A DNA stretch of 64,000 nucleotides from Aestuariibaculum lutulentum. GTDB lineage: Bacteria; Bacteroidota; Bacteroidia; Flavobacteriales; Flavobacteriaceae. The position numbers were made by a program, and so were the translations under genes. Each line of letters opens with the position of its first letter. The stretch's first letter is position 1. The notes under the pieces were generated by a model that saw only the letters and a program-made list of their open reading frames with translations, was not told the origin of the DNA and did not search any database. The stretch lies in contig NZ_CP136709.1 in NCBI RefSeq assembly GCF_032926325.1, positions 1,167,447 through 1,231,446 of the forward strand, written 5' to 3'. Below are positions 41,210 to 52,600 of this stretch, in pieces.

Positions 41210-43563
41210 TATCGAACTACCATTATTTTTAGGACTTTCGTTTCATAGGTATCTAAATCGGAAAGCATCACTAAATAAACTCCAGAAGCTACAACATTAT
41301 CCCCTAAATTTTTACCATTCCAATAAGCCGTACCTCCATCTATTTCCAAATTATAACCGCTATAACGCTGATTAACTCTAGATTGCCCCTCGGCCACCAG
41401 ATTCCCCTCTATATCCGTTATTTTGATATTAACATTCTCTGAAATGTCTTTAATCTTAACTTTCTTTTCTACAATATCAAAACCGGGTCTTACAGGATTG
41501 GGATAAGCATAAGCATTCTCTATAGTTTCAAGAACACCAGAGCTTCCAGATTGAAAAGATACCAATCCACGTGTTGTAGCTATATATACAATACCATTAA
41601 CATCATCTATAGAAATATCTCTAATACTATTAGATGGCAATGGCGAATTATCTGTTGTAAAATGATGAATCGTTTTCTGCCCGTCCGATGAAAAATAAAA
41701 CAGCCCTGAATCACTAGTTCCAATCCATTTATTATTTGAACCATCTACTTTAATATCCATTATGTACTGTTGATATAATAATTCTTTAGCAATACCATCT
41801 TCCTCAATAATAATTTCGTCAACTTGAACATTATTATTTTCAAAGAAATTTGAAGTATTATACAATACTCTAACTCCTTTTGTTGTACCAATCCATAATT
41901 GATTTCTTTTATCAAGAGTTAAAGCTGTAACATATTTGGATGGCATATTTTCTTCTTCCGTAGAAATATTTTTTACTGAATTACTTCCATTCTCATTGAA
42001 AGCAATAACTCCAAAATCATAACTAGCTAACCATTTTGTTTGGTTACCATCAATTACAACATCAGCAAAACCATTATTATCGAATTCGTCTGTAATTATT
42101 TTACCAAGACTATACGATCTCCACTGTTTAATTGATAAATCAAAAGATTTTAATTGATTTTTAACCAATCCCGTAGTTACCCATAACACACCATTTGAAT
42201 CAAAAGTTGTAGCTCCAACTCTAATATCAATGTAACTAGGATTATTTGGAAGAACCAACGACTCTAAACCACTATTAGTTTCGTTATACAATATAATAGA
42301 TGTTTCTTCATTTACTTCTAATAATCCACTAAAAAAGGAACTTATAAATACCTGATTATTCTTAAAAGGATTAACAGAAATTCTATTTAAAGATTTCGCT
42401 TCTAATACATCATTATATGGCAAATTTATCCATTGATCACCTTTTAAATGACTAATCCCCCTATTATTTAACGGGTATGGGTTATAAAACAAATCGTATT
42501 CTCCAAAAGTTACCCAAACCCCATTTGATTTTGCCTGTAACGAAAAAGGAATGTTTAACAAAGGCCCGTCAGGATGAACTTCCTCAAAAGTAACGGGGTT
42601 TAATAATTCTGTTTTTAAAACTCCAAAATTTTTGGTTCCAATGTATAAAAAGTTATCATCAATTGTAGCAGAAGTTAACTCAGTAGGAAAATTATTTGTA
42701 TCTACTACTACTTGAGATAAAAGATTAAAAGCTGAATCATAAATAAAAACTTGATTTCTAGTCGTAACTATCATATTTTCATTCACTTTTCTCAAATCCA
42801 ATGGCTGATCTTGATATAATGATAATTCAGTTAAAATACCATTTTCTACTCTAAAAAGTCTTTTATCTGACCTTACTGCATATAAATCATCTGTTTGAGA
42901 CTCTATTCCTGTAAAATTCCCTGTCGTTACTGCTTCCCAATTACTAAAATCAATTAGATTTGTGTTAGTTGTCAATGCTCTTCTTATTCCATTGCTTCCA
43001 GAACAAGCAGCATATATATAATCCTGATAAATTGTGGTTTGATTTACTTGAATCTGAGAACCTCCATCACCAATAAAATAAGTGTCTCCGAATTCTAGAC
43101 GCGCCAAATCGAACACCGAAATACCATAACTGGTTGAAATATAAACCAAATTATTATAGCCATTAAAATGATTGATTCGTTTTGTTGTTGGAGGAATGGT
43201 AGGTTTATCGATAATATCAACAATGGTCAATACATTCTCATCATTATCAAAAACAATTTCTATTAAACCATTATCATATCCAACAACTAGCAATTCATAA
43301 GCATCACTGTAATAAATGGTTGAAATCGTTTCTCCTGATAAACCGTTAACAGAATTAATTTCTTCTAACTGATTAGTTTGTGTATCTAAACTGAAAACAG
43401 CATTTTCTGAAGCTGCATAAATTTTATCATTTCCCTGAGCAACTTCCTTAATATTGTAATATGAAAAGTGACCTTGCCAGGACGCTGAATAATCTTGAGC
43501 GAAGAGACAAATCGGAATTATATAAACGACAAAAACAACGAGTTTTTTAAACATAGATACCAT
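41209..43563 (-). CDS. Secreted beta-propeller-repeat protein with a T9SS type-A (Por) C-terminal sorting domain.
   Basis: 784 aa with a signal peptide and multiple two-component-regulator-propeller-like repeats. The C-terminal beta-sandwich CTD ends ...GVYLVMLSDLDTYETKVLKIMVVR. Confidence 0.75.
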   Translation of the reverse strand: MVSMFKKLVVFVVYIIPICLFAQDYSASWQGHFSYYNIKEVAQGNDKIYAASENAVFSLDTQTNQLEEINSVNGLSGETISTIYYSDAYELLVVGYDNGLIEIVFDNDENVLTIVDIIDKPTIPPTTKRINHFNGYNNLVYISTSYGISVFDLARLEFGDTYFIGDGGSQIQVNQTTIYQDYIYAACSGSNGIRRALTTNTNLIDFSNWEAVTTGNFTGIESQTDDLYAVRSDKRLFRVENGILTELSLYQDQPLDLRKVNENMIVTTRNQVFIYDSAFNLLSQVVVDTNNFPTELTSATIDDNFLYIGTKNFGVLKTELLNPVTFEEVHPDGPLLNIPFSLQAKSNGVWVTFGEYDLFYNPYPLNNRGISHLKGDQWINLPYNDVLEAKSLNRISVNPFKNNQVFISSFFSGLLEVNEETSIILYNETNSGLESLVLPNNPSYIDIRVGATTFDSNGVLWVTTGLVKNQLKSFDLSIKQWRSYSLGKIITDEFDNNGFADVVIDGNQTKWLASYDFGVIAFNENGSNSVKNISTEEENMPSKYVTALTLDKRNQLWIGTTKGVRVLYNTSNFFENNNVQVDEIIIEEDGIAKELLYQQYIMDIKVDGSNNKWIGTSDSGLFYFSSDGQKTIHHFTTDNSPLPSNSIRDISIDDVNGIVYIATTRGLVSFQSGSSGVLETIENAYAYPNPVRPGFDIVEKKVKIKDISENVNIKITDIEGNLVAEGQSRVNQRYSGYNLEIDGGTAYWNGKNLGDNVVASGVYLVMLSDLDTYETKVLKIMVVR

Positions 43564-43620
43564 TTAATTCGTCAAATATATTTATAAGTAACGAGTTTTA
43601 CCTGAAAATCATATAAATTC

Positions 43621-43656
43621 AAACAAAAAAAGCTTCCTGAAATTCAGGAAGCTTTT
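43621..43656 (-). terminator. Rho-independent terminator after gdhA (minus strand).
   Basis: AAGCTTCCTGA-N4-TCAGGAAGCTT with an A-run on the plus strand (a T-run on the transcribed strand). Confidence 0.6.
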
Positions 43657-43679
43657 AACAATTTTATAAGGGTAATTTA

Positions 43680-45026
43680 TTAAACGATACCTTGAGCTAA
43701 CATAGCATCGGCAACTTTAACAAATCCTGCAATATTTGCACCTTTTACATAATCTATATAACCGTCTTCACCTTTTCCGTAAGTAATACAAGCATCGTGA
43801 ATATTAGCCATAATCTCTTTTAATTTTTTATCAACTTCCTCTCTTGTCCAGTTGAATCTTAAAGAATTCTGAGTCATCTCTAACCCTGAAGTCGCAACAC
43901 CACCGGCATTTGATGCTTTACCTGGGGCAAATAAGATTCTTGCTTCATGGAATGCTACAATTGCTTCTTTAGTAGATGGCATATTTGCTCCCTCACTAAC
44001 ACAGATACAACCGTTTGCTAAAAGCACTTTTGCATCCTCTTCATGAAGTTCGTTTTGTGTAGCACATGGTAATGCTATATCACATTTTACACCCCAAGGT
44101 GTTTTACCTTCAACAAATTGAGCAGAAGGATAGACATTAACATACTCGCTAATTCTTCCGCGTTTTACGTTTTTAAGATTCATAACATATGCTAATTTCT
44201 CAGCATCAATACCATCGGCATCGTAAATGTATCCTGAAGAATCTGATAAGGTTAACACTTTACCTCCTAGTTGTAAAATTTTCTCGGCAGCATATTGCGC
44301 AACGTTTCCTGAACCTGAAATCACAACATTTTTACCTTCAATAGTATCATTTTTAGTTTTAAGCATATTTTCTGCAAAATATACCGCACCGTAACCCGTT
44401 GCTTCAGGTCTGATTAACGAACCTCCCCAAGACAATCCTTTACCAGTTAAAACCCCAGTAAACTCATTTCTTAGTTTTTTATACATTCCGAAAAGGTATC
44501 CAATTTCACGAGCTCCAACACCAATATCTCCAGCAGGAACATCGGTATTTGGTCCAATATGTCTAAACAATTCACTCATAAAGGCGTGACAGAAACGCAT
44601 GATTTCATTATCGCTCTTTCCTTTAGGATCGAAATCACTTCCTCCTTTACCACCACCCATTGGTAATGTGGTTAAACTATTTTTAAATACCTGCTCGAAA
44701 GCCAAGAATTTCAAAATACTTAAATTAACCGTTGGATGAAAACGTAATCCACCCTTATACGGTCCAATAGCAGAGTTCATTTGAATACGGTAACCTCTGT
44801 TAACCTGTATTTCTCCTGCATCATCTACCCAACAAACTCTAAACGTGATAACACGCTCTGGCTCAACCATTCTTAAAAGAATGTTTTTGCCATAATAAAT
44901 ATCATGCTCTACAATGTAAGGAATAACTGTTTCTGCTACTTCCTCTACAGCCTGTAAAAACTCTGGTTCATGACCATTACGCTCTTTAACTTGATCTAAA
45001 AAAGCTTCAATGTTACTTTTCATCAA
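43680..45026 (-). CDS. gdhA: NADP-specific glutamate dehydrogenase.
   Basis: 448 aa with the Glu/Leu/Phe/Val dehydrogenase active-site block (KGGSDFDPKGKS) and a Rossmann GSGNVAQY motif. Confidence 0.95.
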   Translation of the reverse strand: MMKSNIEAFLDQVKERNGHEPEFLQAVEEVAETVIPYIVEHDIYYGKNILLRMVEPERVITFRVCWVDDAGEIQVNRGYRIQMNSAIGPYKGGLRFHPTVNLSILKFLAFEQVFKNSLTTLPMGGGKGGSDFDPKGKSDNEIMRFCHAFMSELFRHIGPNTDVPAGDIGVGAREIGYLFGMYKKLRNEFTGVLTGKGLSWGGSLIRPEATGYGAVYFAENMLKTKNDTIEGKNVVISGSGNVAQYAAEKILQLGGKVLTLSDSSGYIYDADGIDAEKLAYVMNLKNVKRGRISEYVNVYPSAQFVEGKTPWGVKCDIALPCATQNELHEEDAKVLLANGCICVSEGANMPSTKEAIVAFHEARILFAPGKASNAGGVATSGLEMTQNSLRFNWTREEVDKKLKEIMANIHDACITYGKGEDGYIDYVKGANIAGFVKVADAMLAQGIV

Positions 45027-45310
45027 TTACTTTAATGTTTTAGTTTAACAAAAAACTGTATAAAAAGCTCAATTTTGGTTTAAGATGGAATTTTATTTAC
45101 GAGTTTCAAACCCTTCAAAAAAGCCATCAAATTATTGAATATACAATTTATTGCCACAAATATACGTTATCTTTAAAAATAATGCATTTATTTTTTGAAT
45201 TTGATAACATATATTTTTCATTTAATCTTGTACCAAGTTATAATATTTGTTTCTAAGGGCAGTTTTTTTATATTTGTTTTAACAATGGCTCCATTAAACA
45301 AACTACTATC

Positions 45311-46141
45311 ATGCTTAACTTTAAGTGTTTAGCCCTGCTTTTTTTTATGTTTGTTACAACTCAAACTATGTTTTCTCAGCTTGGGTTTTCTCACGAAATT
45401 GGTGCTATTATTGGTCCCGTGGAGTTTCGATCAGATTTTGGAAGCCGTAATGAAGAAGCTACCAACCTTGGCAATTCAGGAATTGGTATTGGACTCATTC
45501 ATTACATCAGTTTCGCTTATACTGCAGATTGTAACTGCTACTCTACCGACACTTATTTTAATGACCATTTTAAACTACGAAGTGAAATCTCATATAACTA
45601 CACACGCTTAGACCATCACGGTTTTTGGGTAGCTCCGGATAAAACCAGCACCGCAGCTGATAAATTAAGAGCTCACAGTGGCGCAGCAGAAAATTTCGAT
45701 ATTGGTATGCAGTTAGAATATTTCCCACTAAGTATTCGTTCATTTCAGGCTTTCGCTTACAGAGTCGCCCCCTTTGTTAGTTTAGGAGTTCATTATACCT
45801 CCTACCATCCAAAAGCAAGCACCAGATATAATAATCCGAATCCTGATGCTTATGGTGATATTTATGACCAATCTAACCTTTACCCCTATTGGTTCGATGC
45901 CTATAATGCAGGAGAAGCACCTTACCCAATTAACATTGACGGTGGCAGTACTTGGTCTGTTGTAAGTAGTATTGGAGCTCGTTACAAACTTGGCATTTTA
46001 TCTGATCTTATGATAGATTTAAGATGGCAATATTACTTTAGTGATTGGATTGACGGATTTGACCACAACTGGAGAAACTACGACCGTAAAAACGACTGGT
46101 TGGTTTGGTTAAACTTTGGCTATGTATATTATCTGGACTAG
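45311..46141 (+). CDS. Hypothetical secreted/outer-membrane protein.
   Basis: 276 aa with a signal peptide. Tyr/Trp-rich with a C-terminal GYVYYLD, a beta-barrel-like composition. Confidence 0.45.
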   Translation: MLNFKCLALLFFMFVTTQTMFSQLGFSHEIGAIIGPVEFRSDFGSRNEEATNLGNSGIGIGLIHYISFAYTADCNCYSTDTYFNDHFKLRSEISYNYTRLDHHGFWVAPDKTSTAADKLRAHSGAAENFDIGMQLEYFPLSIRSFQAFAYRVAPFVSLGVHYTSYHPKASTRYNNPNPDAYGDIYDQSNLYPYWFDAYNAGEAPYPINIDGGSTWSVVSSIGARYKLGILSDLMIDLRWQYYFSDWIDGFDHNWRNYDRKNDWLVWLNFGYVYYLD

Positions 46142-46237
46142 CCCCCCTTTTTATTTGCTATCAAGTTTACTAAGATTTATTGCCGAAGTTCACAACAATA
46201 GTTACCTTTATCATATATCTTAATTAAGCCTCTTGAC

Positions 46238-46960
46238 ATGTCTTTTAAACCATTACTCACAGCCTTTTGTATTGTTTTATTATTGTTTTCATGCAATGAA
46301 GATAGTAATACAACATTTTCAATTATTACGGTTACTACAGACAATAACAAATTAGTTGAAATAAACATTCCCAAAGCTGAGGGCAACAACGAGATTTCAA
46401 AGAACATAAATAATGAAATAAACAAAGTTGTTTCAGCATCATTACACATTGGAGAAGAAACACCTAATGCTGAAGCTTCAATTGAAGAAAACATTGAAAA
46501 GTTTAATACCGAATACAATGATTTTGCAAAAGATTTTCCTGAAAGCACTTTCCCTTGGGAAGCTCAAATTGATGGCGAAGTTATATTTCAATCACCTGAA
46601 CTAATCAGTATATCAATTACCTCTTATACAAATACAGGCGGTGCTCACGGCAATGTTGTTATTTCGTTTTTAAATTTGGACGCTCTAACAGGTAAACGAA
46701 TTGCAAATGAAGAACTGTTTAATAATGAAAAGGATTTTGAAACTATAGCCAAAACCTATTTCGATAAATCGATTGAAGATAAAAATACGCTTTTTGAACC
46801 TGAAAACTTTCAACTTGCTCAAAATATAGGATTCAGTGAAGAAGGCCTTATTATGCTTTACAACACCTACGAAATAGCACCATATTCAGCAGGAATTATA
46901 GAATACACAATTCCCGCCGAAGAGGTCAATTCCTTATTAGCTATTAATAGCCCTCACTAA
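46238..46960 (+). CDS. DUF4163/DUF3298 (RsiV/PdaC-like) lipoprotein.
   Basis: 240 aa with a lipoprotein signal (LLFSCNED). The characteristic DUF3298 block is YTNTGGAHGN. Confidence 0.65.
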   Translation: MSFKPLLTAFCIVLLLFSCNEDSNTTFSIITVTTDNNKLVEINIPKAEGNNEISKNINNEINKVVSASLHIGEETPNAEASIEENIEKFNTEYNDFAKDFPESTFPWEAQIDGEVIFQSPELISISITSYTNTGGAHGNVVISFLNLDALTGKRIANEELFNNEKDFETIAKTYFDKSIEDKNTLFEPENFQLAQNIGFSEEGLIMLYNTYEIAPYSAGIIEYTIPAEEVNSLLAINSPH

Positions 46961-47401
46961 AGCCATTACATAACCGAGATGCATACCTTCGTGAAATAAA
47001 ATAAAATCGAAAGCATCTTCAATTGTGTTTAATGTATTTCCTGTTGTAGAAACCGTATAACTGTTAAATGTTTTAAACACCCCGTTTTCAACATCCTCTT
47101 TTGTTTTTTCTAAAGTTGAAAACAACAAAGCTTTAATATTGTTAACTTCCTCTTGAGAAACAACTCCTTCAGGCTTTGTTCCTTTCATATATTTTGAAAT
47201 CATAACCTCATCAACCATCATTGGCAAACCCGATAACTTATATGCTAATAATTGCTGAGTAACCACAATATGGCCAATATTCCAAATAATGTTATTATTG
47301 AATCCTTCAGGAACTTTATTTAAATCCTCAAGTGAAGTATTTTCTAAAAATTGTCCAAAAAATTGTCTTGTTTTAGCTAAAATGTCTAATGTAAACTGCA
47401 T
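46937..47401 (-). CDS. DinB/YfiT-family (DinB_2) four-helix-bundle protein.
   Basis: 154 aa with conserved His residues (NIGHIVVTQQ...HEGMHLGYV). Confidence 0.65.
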   Translation of the reverse strand: MQFTLDILAKTRQFFGQFLENTSLEDLNKVPEGFNNNIIWNIGHIVVTQQLLAYKLSGLPMMVDEVMISKYMKGTKPEGVVSQEEVNNIKALLFSTLEKTKEDVENGVFKTFNSYTVSTTGNTLNTIEDAFDFILFHEGMHLGYVMALVRAINS

Positions 47402-47479
47402 GCCTTATTTTTTTGATAAATATACTTTAAATGACAAAATTACTTTTATTTTGGTATAAATTTTTACAAAAATAGGATT

Positions 47480-47827
47480 ATGAAAAAAGTATATTACCTA
47501 AAAACATGCAGTACCTGTATACGAATTTTAAAAGAGTTAAATCTTCCTTCCGACTTTATTCTACAGGATATAAAAACCGAAGAAATAACCGTTAAACAAT
47601 TAGAAGAGATGCATGCACTTTCCGGTAGCTACGAAGCTCTTTTTGGTAAACGTTCAAAACTTTACAAAGAAATGGATTTAAAGAACCAAGATATTACTGA
47701 ACGTGATTACAAAAACTACATTTTAGAGCATTACACCTTTTTAAGTCGTCCGGTAATTATAATAGATAGAAACATTTTTATAGGGAATAGTAAAAAAACC
47801 GTTGAAGCCATAAAAGCAGCTTTGTAA
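47480..47827 (+). CDS. ArsC/Spx/YffB-family thioredoxin-fold protein.
   Basis: 115 aa with an N-terminal CxxC-like redox motif (YYLKTCSTCIRILKEL). Confidence 0.8.
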   Translation: MKKVYYLKTCSTCIRILKELNLPSDFILQDIKTEEITVKQLEEMHALSGSYEALFGKRSKLYKEMDLKNQDITERDYKNYILEHYTFLSRPVIIIDRNIFIGNSKKTVEAIKAAL

Positions 47828-47963
47828 AATATATTTCATTACCCCAAAAACAGGAATTTTCGAAAACATTTGTAACAAAATTCTTAAAACCTCAACTAAT
47901 CAATAAAACCTTACTTTTTAGGGTTTTGAAACAAACTATCATCTTAACTTAATTTTATTAACC

Positions 47964-49373
47964 ATGACTATCACTGGTATTACTTTAATTGTACTAGCTA
48001 TTCTGTTGGCTGTTACAATCAACATTTTTTCATCTAATGCTTCAACAGAATCGGAATCCAAAGTTCCAAATCTTGTTCAAAAGTTAATTAATTTATGGAC
48101 TCTAAAGAAGTCTATCTACTTAGGTTTACTAGGTATATTTTTTGTTAGTCTAAGCGGAATGTTTTTCTACAATCCTGCCGGAACAGCAACTGCCATTCAA
48201 TATTTGTGGGGAGGAGATGCAGCAGTTACCACTCAAGGTGTAAAACTAAAACTGTGGGGAAAAACTATTCCTATTTCTTTTGAAATCGCTTTACAGGATA
48301 AAATCATAGAATTCGACAAACAAGGCAACCGAATTATCGATAAAAACGGAGCTGAGGAAGGTATCTACCACCGAAATGCACAAACCAGAGAATTCGCCGA
48401 TGCTATTAAAGCAGATATTGCAGCTGCATTAATTGTATCTATTGATTACAATAACGAAGATTTATTTTTAGAAATGGCCGACAAAAACCGATCGGAAAGC
48501 AAACTTGTTTACGCAAGAATTTACCCTGTATACGATCAAGCCTTAAAAAACACCTGCAAACTTATGGATGCGCAAGATTATATTTCAGGAGCTTCATCAC
48601 AATTTGATTATTATTTAAAAGATCAAATGGAAAACGGGATGTATTTAACCGAAGAAGTTTATGAAGATATTGACATCAGCCCAATTACCTCTTTAGATTC
48701 TACTAGAACCGTTGCAAAAGGAAAAATAAACAACGAAAAACGGGAGAAGAAATACAGAATTCGTAAAGACAAAAACGGAGATCCAATTCGAGATGCTTCG
48801 AACTCTTTAAAACGATACGGACTAACAGTACAACAAGTTGCAGTTACGAGTATTGATTGGGAAGCAAGTTTTGACAACCGACTTAAAGACCAAAAAGAAC
48901 AGGTTGCCCAAACACAACTGGAAAAACAAGAAGCCGAAAAAGAATATTATGCCACACAAAAAGCCATTGCAAAAGGTGAACGTGAAAAAGCCGAAACTCG
49001 CGTAAAACTTGAAAAAATACAATTAGAAAAAACTATTACGGCAGAAACTGCAGCAAAAACCGCTTCTTACAAAGAACAGGAAGAATCTAACCTTTTAGCC
49101 GCAGCAAAAAAATCGGCTGAAAAAATTAGAATTATTGCCGATGCTGAGGCTTACGAAATTTCTAAAAAAGTAAATGCCGGTATTACCCCTGAAAAACAAT
49201 TACAAATGGAATTAGATGCCAGTGTGCAGCGTACAAAAGCTTTAGCCGGCCCTAATGGCCTTCAACTACCAAACACAGTTTTTAGCGGCAGCACAGACAA
49301 TAAACAAGCAAGTATGCTTGAATCTATTTTAGGCGCTAAAATTTTAAGTGGTGAAATAGGAAGTGTAAAATAA
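47964..49373 (+). CDS. SPFH/band-7 domain membrane protein with a C-terminal coiled-coil.
   Basis: 469 aa with an N-terminal TM segment and an SPFH-like core (…LTVQQVAVTSIDWEASF…) followed by an Ala/Glu/Lys-rich coiled-coil. Confidence 0.55.
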   Translation: MTITGITLIVLAILLAVTINIFSSNASTESESKVPNLVQKLINLWTLKKSIYLGLLGIFFVSLSGMFFYNPAGTATAIQYLWGGDAAVTTQGVKLKLWGKTIPISFEIALQDKIIEFDKQGNRIIDKNGAEEGIYHRNAQTREFADAIKADIAAALIVSIDYNNEDLFLEMADKNRSESKLVYARIYPVYDQALKNTCKLMDAQDYISGASSQFDYYLKDQMENGMYLTEEVYEDIDISPITSLDSTRTVAKGKINNEKREKKYRIRKDKNGDPIRDASNSLKRYGLTVQQVAVTSIDWEASFDNRLKDQKEQVAQTQLEKQEAEKEYYATQKAIAKGEREKAETRVKLEKIQLEKTITAETAAKTASYKEQEESNLLAAAKKSAEKIRIIADAEAYEISKKVNAGITPEKQLQMELDASVQRTKALAGPNGLQLPNTVFSGSTDNKQASMLESILGAKILSGEIGSVK

Positions 49374-49392
49374 CATATTGAATTACTATTCA

Positions 49393-49430
49393 AAAAAAGG
49401 GAGCTATAAGCTCCCTTTTGTGTTTTTCGA
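49393..49430 (+). terminator. Rho-independent terminator.
   Basis: AAGGGAGCT-ataa-GCTCCCTT followed by TTGTGTTTTT. Confidence 0.55.
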
Positions 49431-49459
49431 AAGTTCTAATAAAGTCATATAATTTACTC

Positions 49460-49513
49460 CACAAAAAAAGCCTCACATTTCTGTAAGGCTTAAATTTTGC
49501 TCCCCCTCTTGGG
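49460..49513. repeat. Distal att-like direct repeat: a partial copy of the tRNA-Asn 3' end plus its downstream terminator hairpin.
   Basis: 54/54 bp identical to 59213-59266 (CACAAAAAAAGCCTCACATTTCTGTAAGGCTTAAATTTTGCTCCCCCTCTTGGG). The upstream flank is similar but imperfect. Confidence 0.75.
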
Positions 49514-49631
49514 GTTTTTCTATATAACACACAATATTAATAATCAGACACTTAACAAGACTACATCTTTACATTTCACCTTTAAACACACCCTTGAATA
49601 AATAAAATTAGGTACGTTTAATAATTCCTTT

Positions 49632-52600
49632 TTAACGTTTTAGAGCAAAATGCCCTTTGAAAACTCTACCGTCTTCTAAAATAACACTGAACCAATAATC
49701 ATCTGTAGGAAGCATTTCACCTTTAAAGGTACCATCCCATCCATTAGAGCTTGGATTTAACTGCTTTAACAATTTACCATAACGGTTATAAATAAAAATA
49801 TCACTTTGAATTTGAAACTGATCATTAACACCAGGAATATACCAAGTATCATTAATACCATCTCCATTAGGCGTAAAGTATCTTAGAAAACCTATTACCG
49901 AAACTTCTATTGAAGCTGTTCCACAGCCTTTTTTATCTCTTACATAAACCGTATGAATACCTGAACTAACATTTTCAAATATAGGGCTATCCTGAAAAGA
50001 TGAAAATTCATCATCTAAAGCATATTCATATTCTCCCTGTCCTAAGTTATTAGTATTAATTATAACTTTATTATTATTTGAAACATCTTCTATAACTATG
50101 TCCTCTGGAATAATATTAGCTAATTCAGAAGCATTTACAAAAACATCTCTAGTTCTAGAACACCCAGTTCCATCAGTCTTGGTTAAAGTTATAAAATAGG
50201 TTCCAGGCGTTGACACCGTTAAAGTAGGCGCATTAGAGAGTACTGTACCATCTTCATACACCCACTCATAATTAAAAATTTCATTTGCATTTGACTCTAA
50301 AGGATCTAGAACAATTGTAAACGTAGGGTCTGATGAACAAACTATTTGAGAATTTTCAATTGTAAAATCAGGCAAAGGATTAACTATAAACTGAATATCT
50401 GTAGATGCAATACAATTAGAATTTAAGGGATTTACTACTTTAACTGTTACAGTTTGAGTATTCGACCTAAATGGATTTGGTAAGGGACTTGGTAATTCTA
50501 TACCTAGACTATTATAATAATGAACCTCCATGCCTGTTTGTCCATTTAAAACAGAACTTTCTATTAATGATGTATCAAAATCATGCAGCCCATCCGAATC
50601 ATTTATACCATCGTCACATGATATTAGATCTGATACCATATTAGCTACAGGCTTCTTATCTACAATAAATTCTAAAGTCGTCTCATCAAAACAACTTCCA
50701 TCAGCTATATTATTATTTTCTACAACAACTTTTATAATTTGACTAGAGGTTAAAAACGGATTAGGCAGAGGGCTAGGTAAAGGATTATCATTTTCGTCAT
50801 AATAGAAAATGGAAACATCACTTAAAGACTGACTTCCTAAAACGGTTAACTCTACTTCAGATACATCAAAAGGATATTTACCATCAAAATCATCATCACA
50901 TTCTCTTGTTATTGTAACTGGATTAGCAACAGGATTAGCTTCAACATGCAATGTTATATGTGCTCCTAAACCTAAACAATCGTTATTTAGCCTACTATCT
51001 ACCCTAACATAAATATCTTGTGTATAAGGATATCCAATATTACTATAATCTGTTATATTCTCTATTTTATTAACTTCAGCCAATGCATCAGGTTCATTTT
51101 GGTAATAAGTAATTATTAATTCCTGTCCTGCAGGAAATAGACTGGCAATTTCATCATGAACAGTTTCAAAACTAAAATTTGAAATCCCATCAAAATCATC
51201 ATCACAAGTATAAAACTCCCTTTTAAAATCCAATGGAATCTTTGTTGTAGTTACTATTAAATTAACTTTTGAGACCCTAAAACATCCATTTTTATTTTCA
51301 ACTCTAGCCCAAACCACATCTAGACTAGGTGTATTATTAGAATATGTTGTTAAATTAGTTATTGGATCTTGATCATTTTCAGCTTTTAACTCCGATTCGA
51401 AAAATGAAACTTTCTCTTCGTCTGCATTAGTAGTTATTTCATTTATAACTTCATTTAAATTAAATGCACTGTAAAGACCATCTAAATCATCATCACATTG
51501 TTTTAGTTCAACAATTGGAGTCACCGACGGTAATTTTAAAACTTCAACTATAAAGGACGTTATTGCTTTACATTCACTATTTAAATTACTAACACATTCC
51601 ACATAAATGGTTTGCGAGCTTTGACTATTAACAAAGGTATTTGGCGAAGCTATTGGCTGTTTGAGGTCTTCATCTGTATAATAATTATAGTGCACTTCTG
51701 AATCTATTCCGTTAAGCAATAGATATTGTTCCTTTTCTGTTAGATCAAAAACAACAATTCCATCTGTATCAGACCCTGAGTCTGAATTATCGCATTGTGT
51801 TAAATTTGAAATATTATTAGGCAATTCCAATTGTGGAGTTTTATAAACACCTATATTAAACTTCGTAATATCATTACATTCCGGGTTCTGTTTGTTATAA
51901 ACTTCAGCAATAATTTCTTGTGTAAAAAACCCTAAGGCATTTGTATAAGCTTCAGGTGCATTAATTTTTATCCCATTATTATAATTTTCTATTCCTTCAT
52001 AATAATGCACTCCAAAAACATTAGAATCTAGACCATTTAAAACATATTTATTATGACCATATAAATCAAAAGAATTATCATCATACAACGTGCATAACCC
52101 TATATCATTAGGTTTACTTGCTATTGGCTGCTCATATATTGTAATCGTAGTTACTTCTGTTACAGTATTACCTCCTAAGGACGCAATAACACTAACCTCA
52201 TAGGTTCCAGCTTCAGAAAACACATGTGTAGACTCTAAATCTGTTGAAGTATTATTAGCTCCTGAAATTGGATCTCCAAAATCCCAATGGATTGAATCTA
52301 CTGTTTCTTCAAGAATAAATTTAGCTGTATCTCCAAAACATAAATTCTCAACACTGAAAGGAATTTCTTTTGTTTTCCTAGGTACTCCAGTAACATTTAT
52401 AAACAAATTAGAAGGAGGTCTACCACTACCAAAATCTGTTGATTTTATATAAGACCGAGTACCTAAGCACCCTTTATACCATGAAAAATCATTCCCTTCT
52501 TCTGTTCCTGCCAATTGAACTGCTGAAACTCCAATTCCTCCAGGAGAAGCCTCCTTTTTTACTTCTACCAATATCCTTTCTACTCCCGCCGGAACAATAA

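Noticed and set aside
49497-49513. A possible second tRNA gene at the distal repeat.
   Set aside because: Only the 3' terminal 14-17 nt of the tRNA-Asn sequence is present, and the sequence diverges after CTTGGG. It is an att-site partial copy, not a tRNA.
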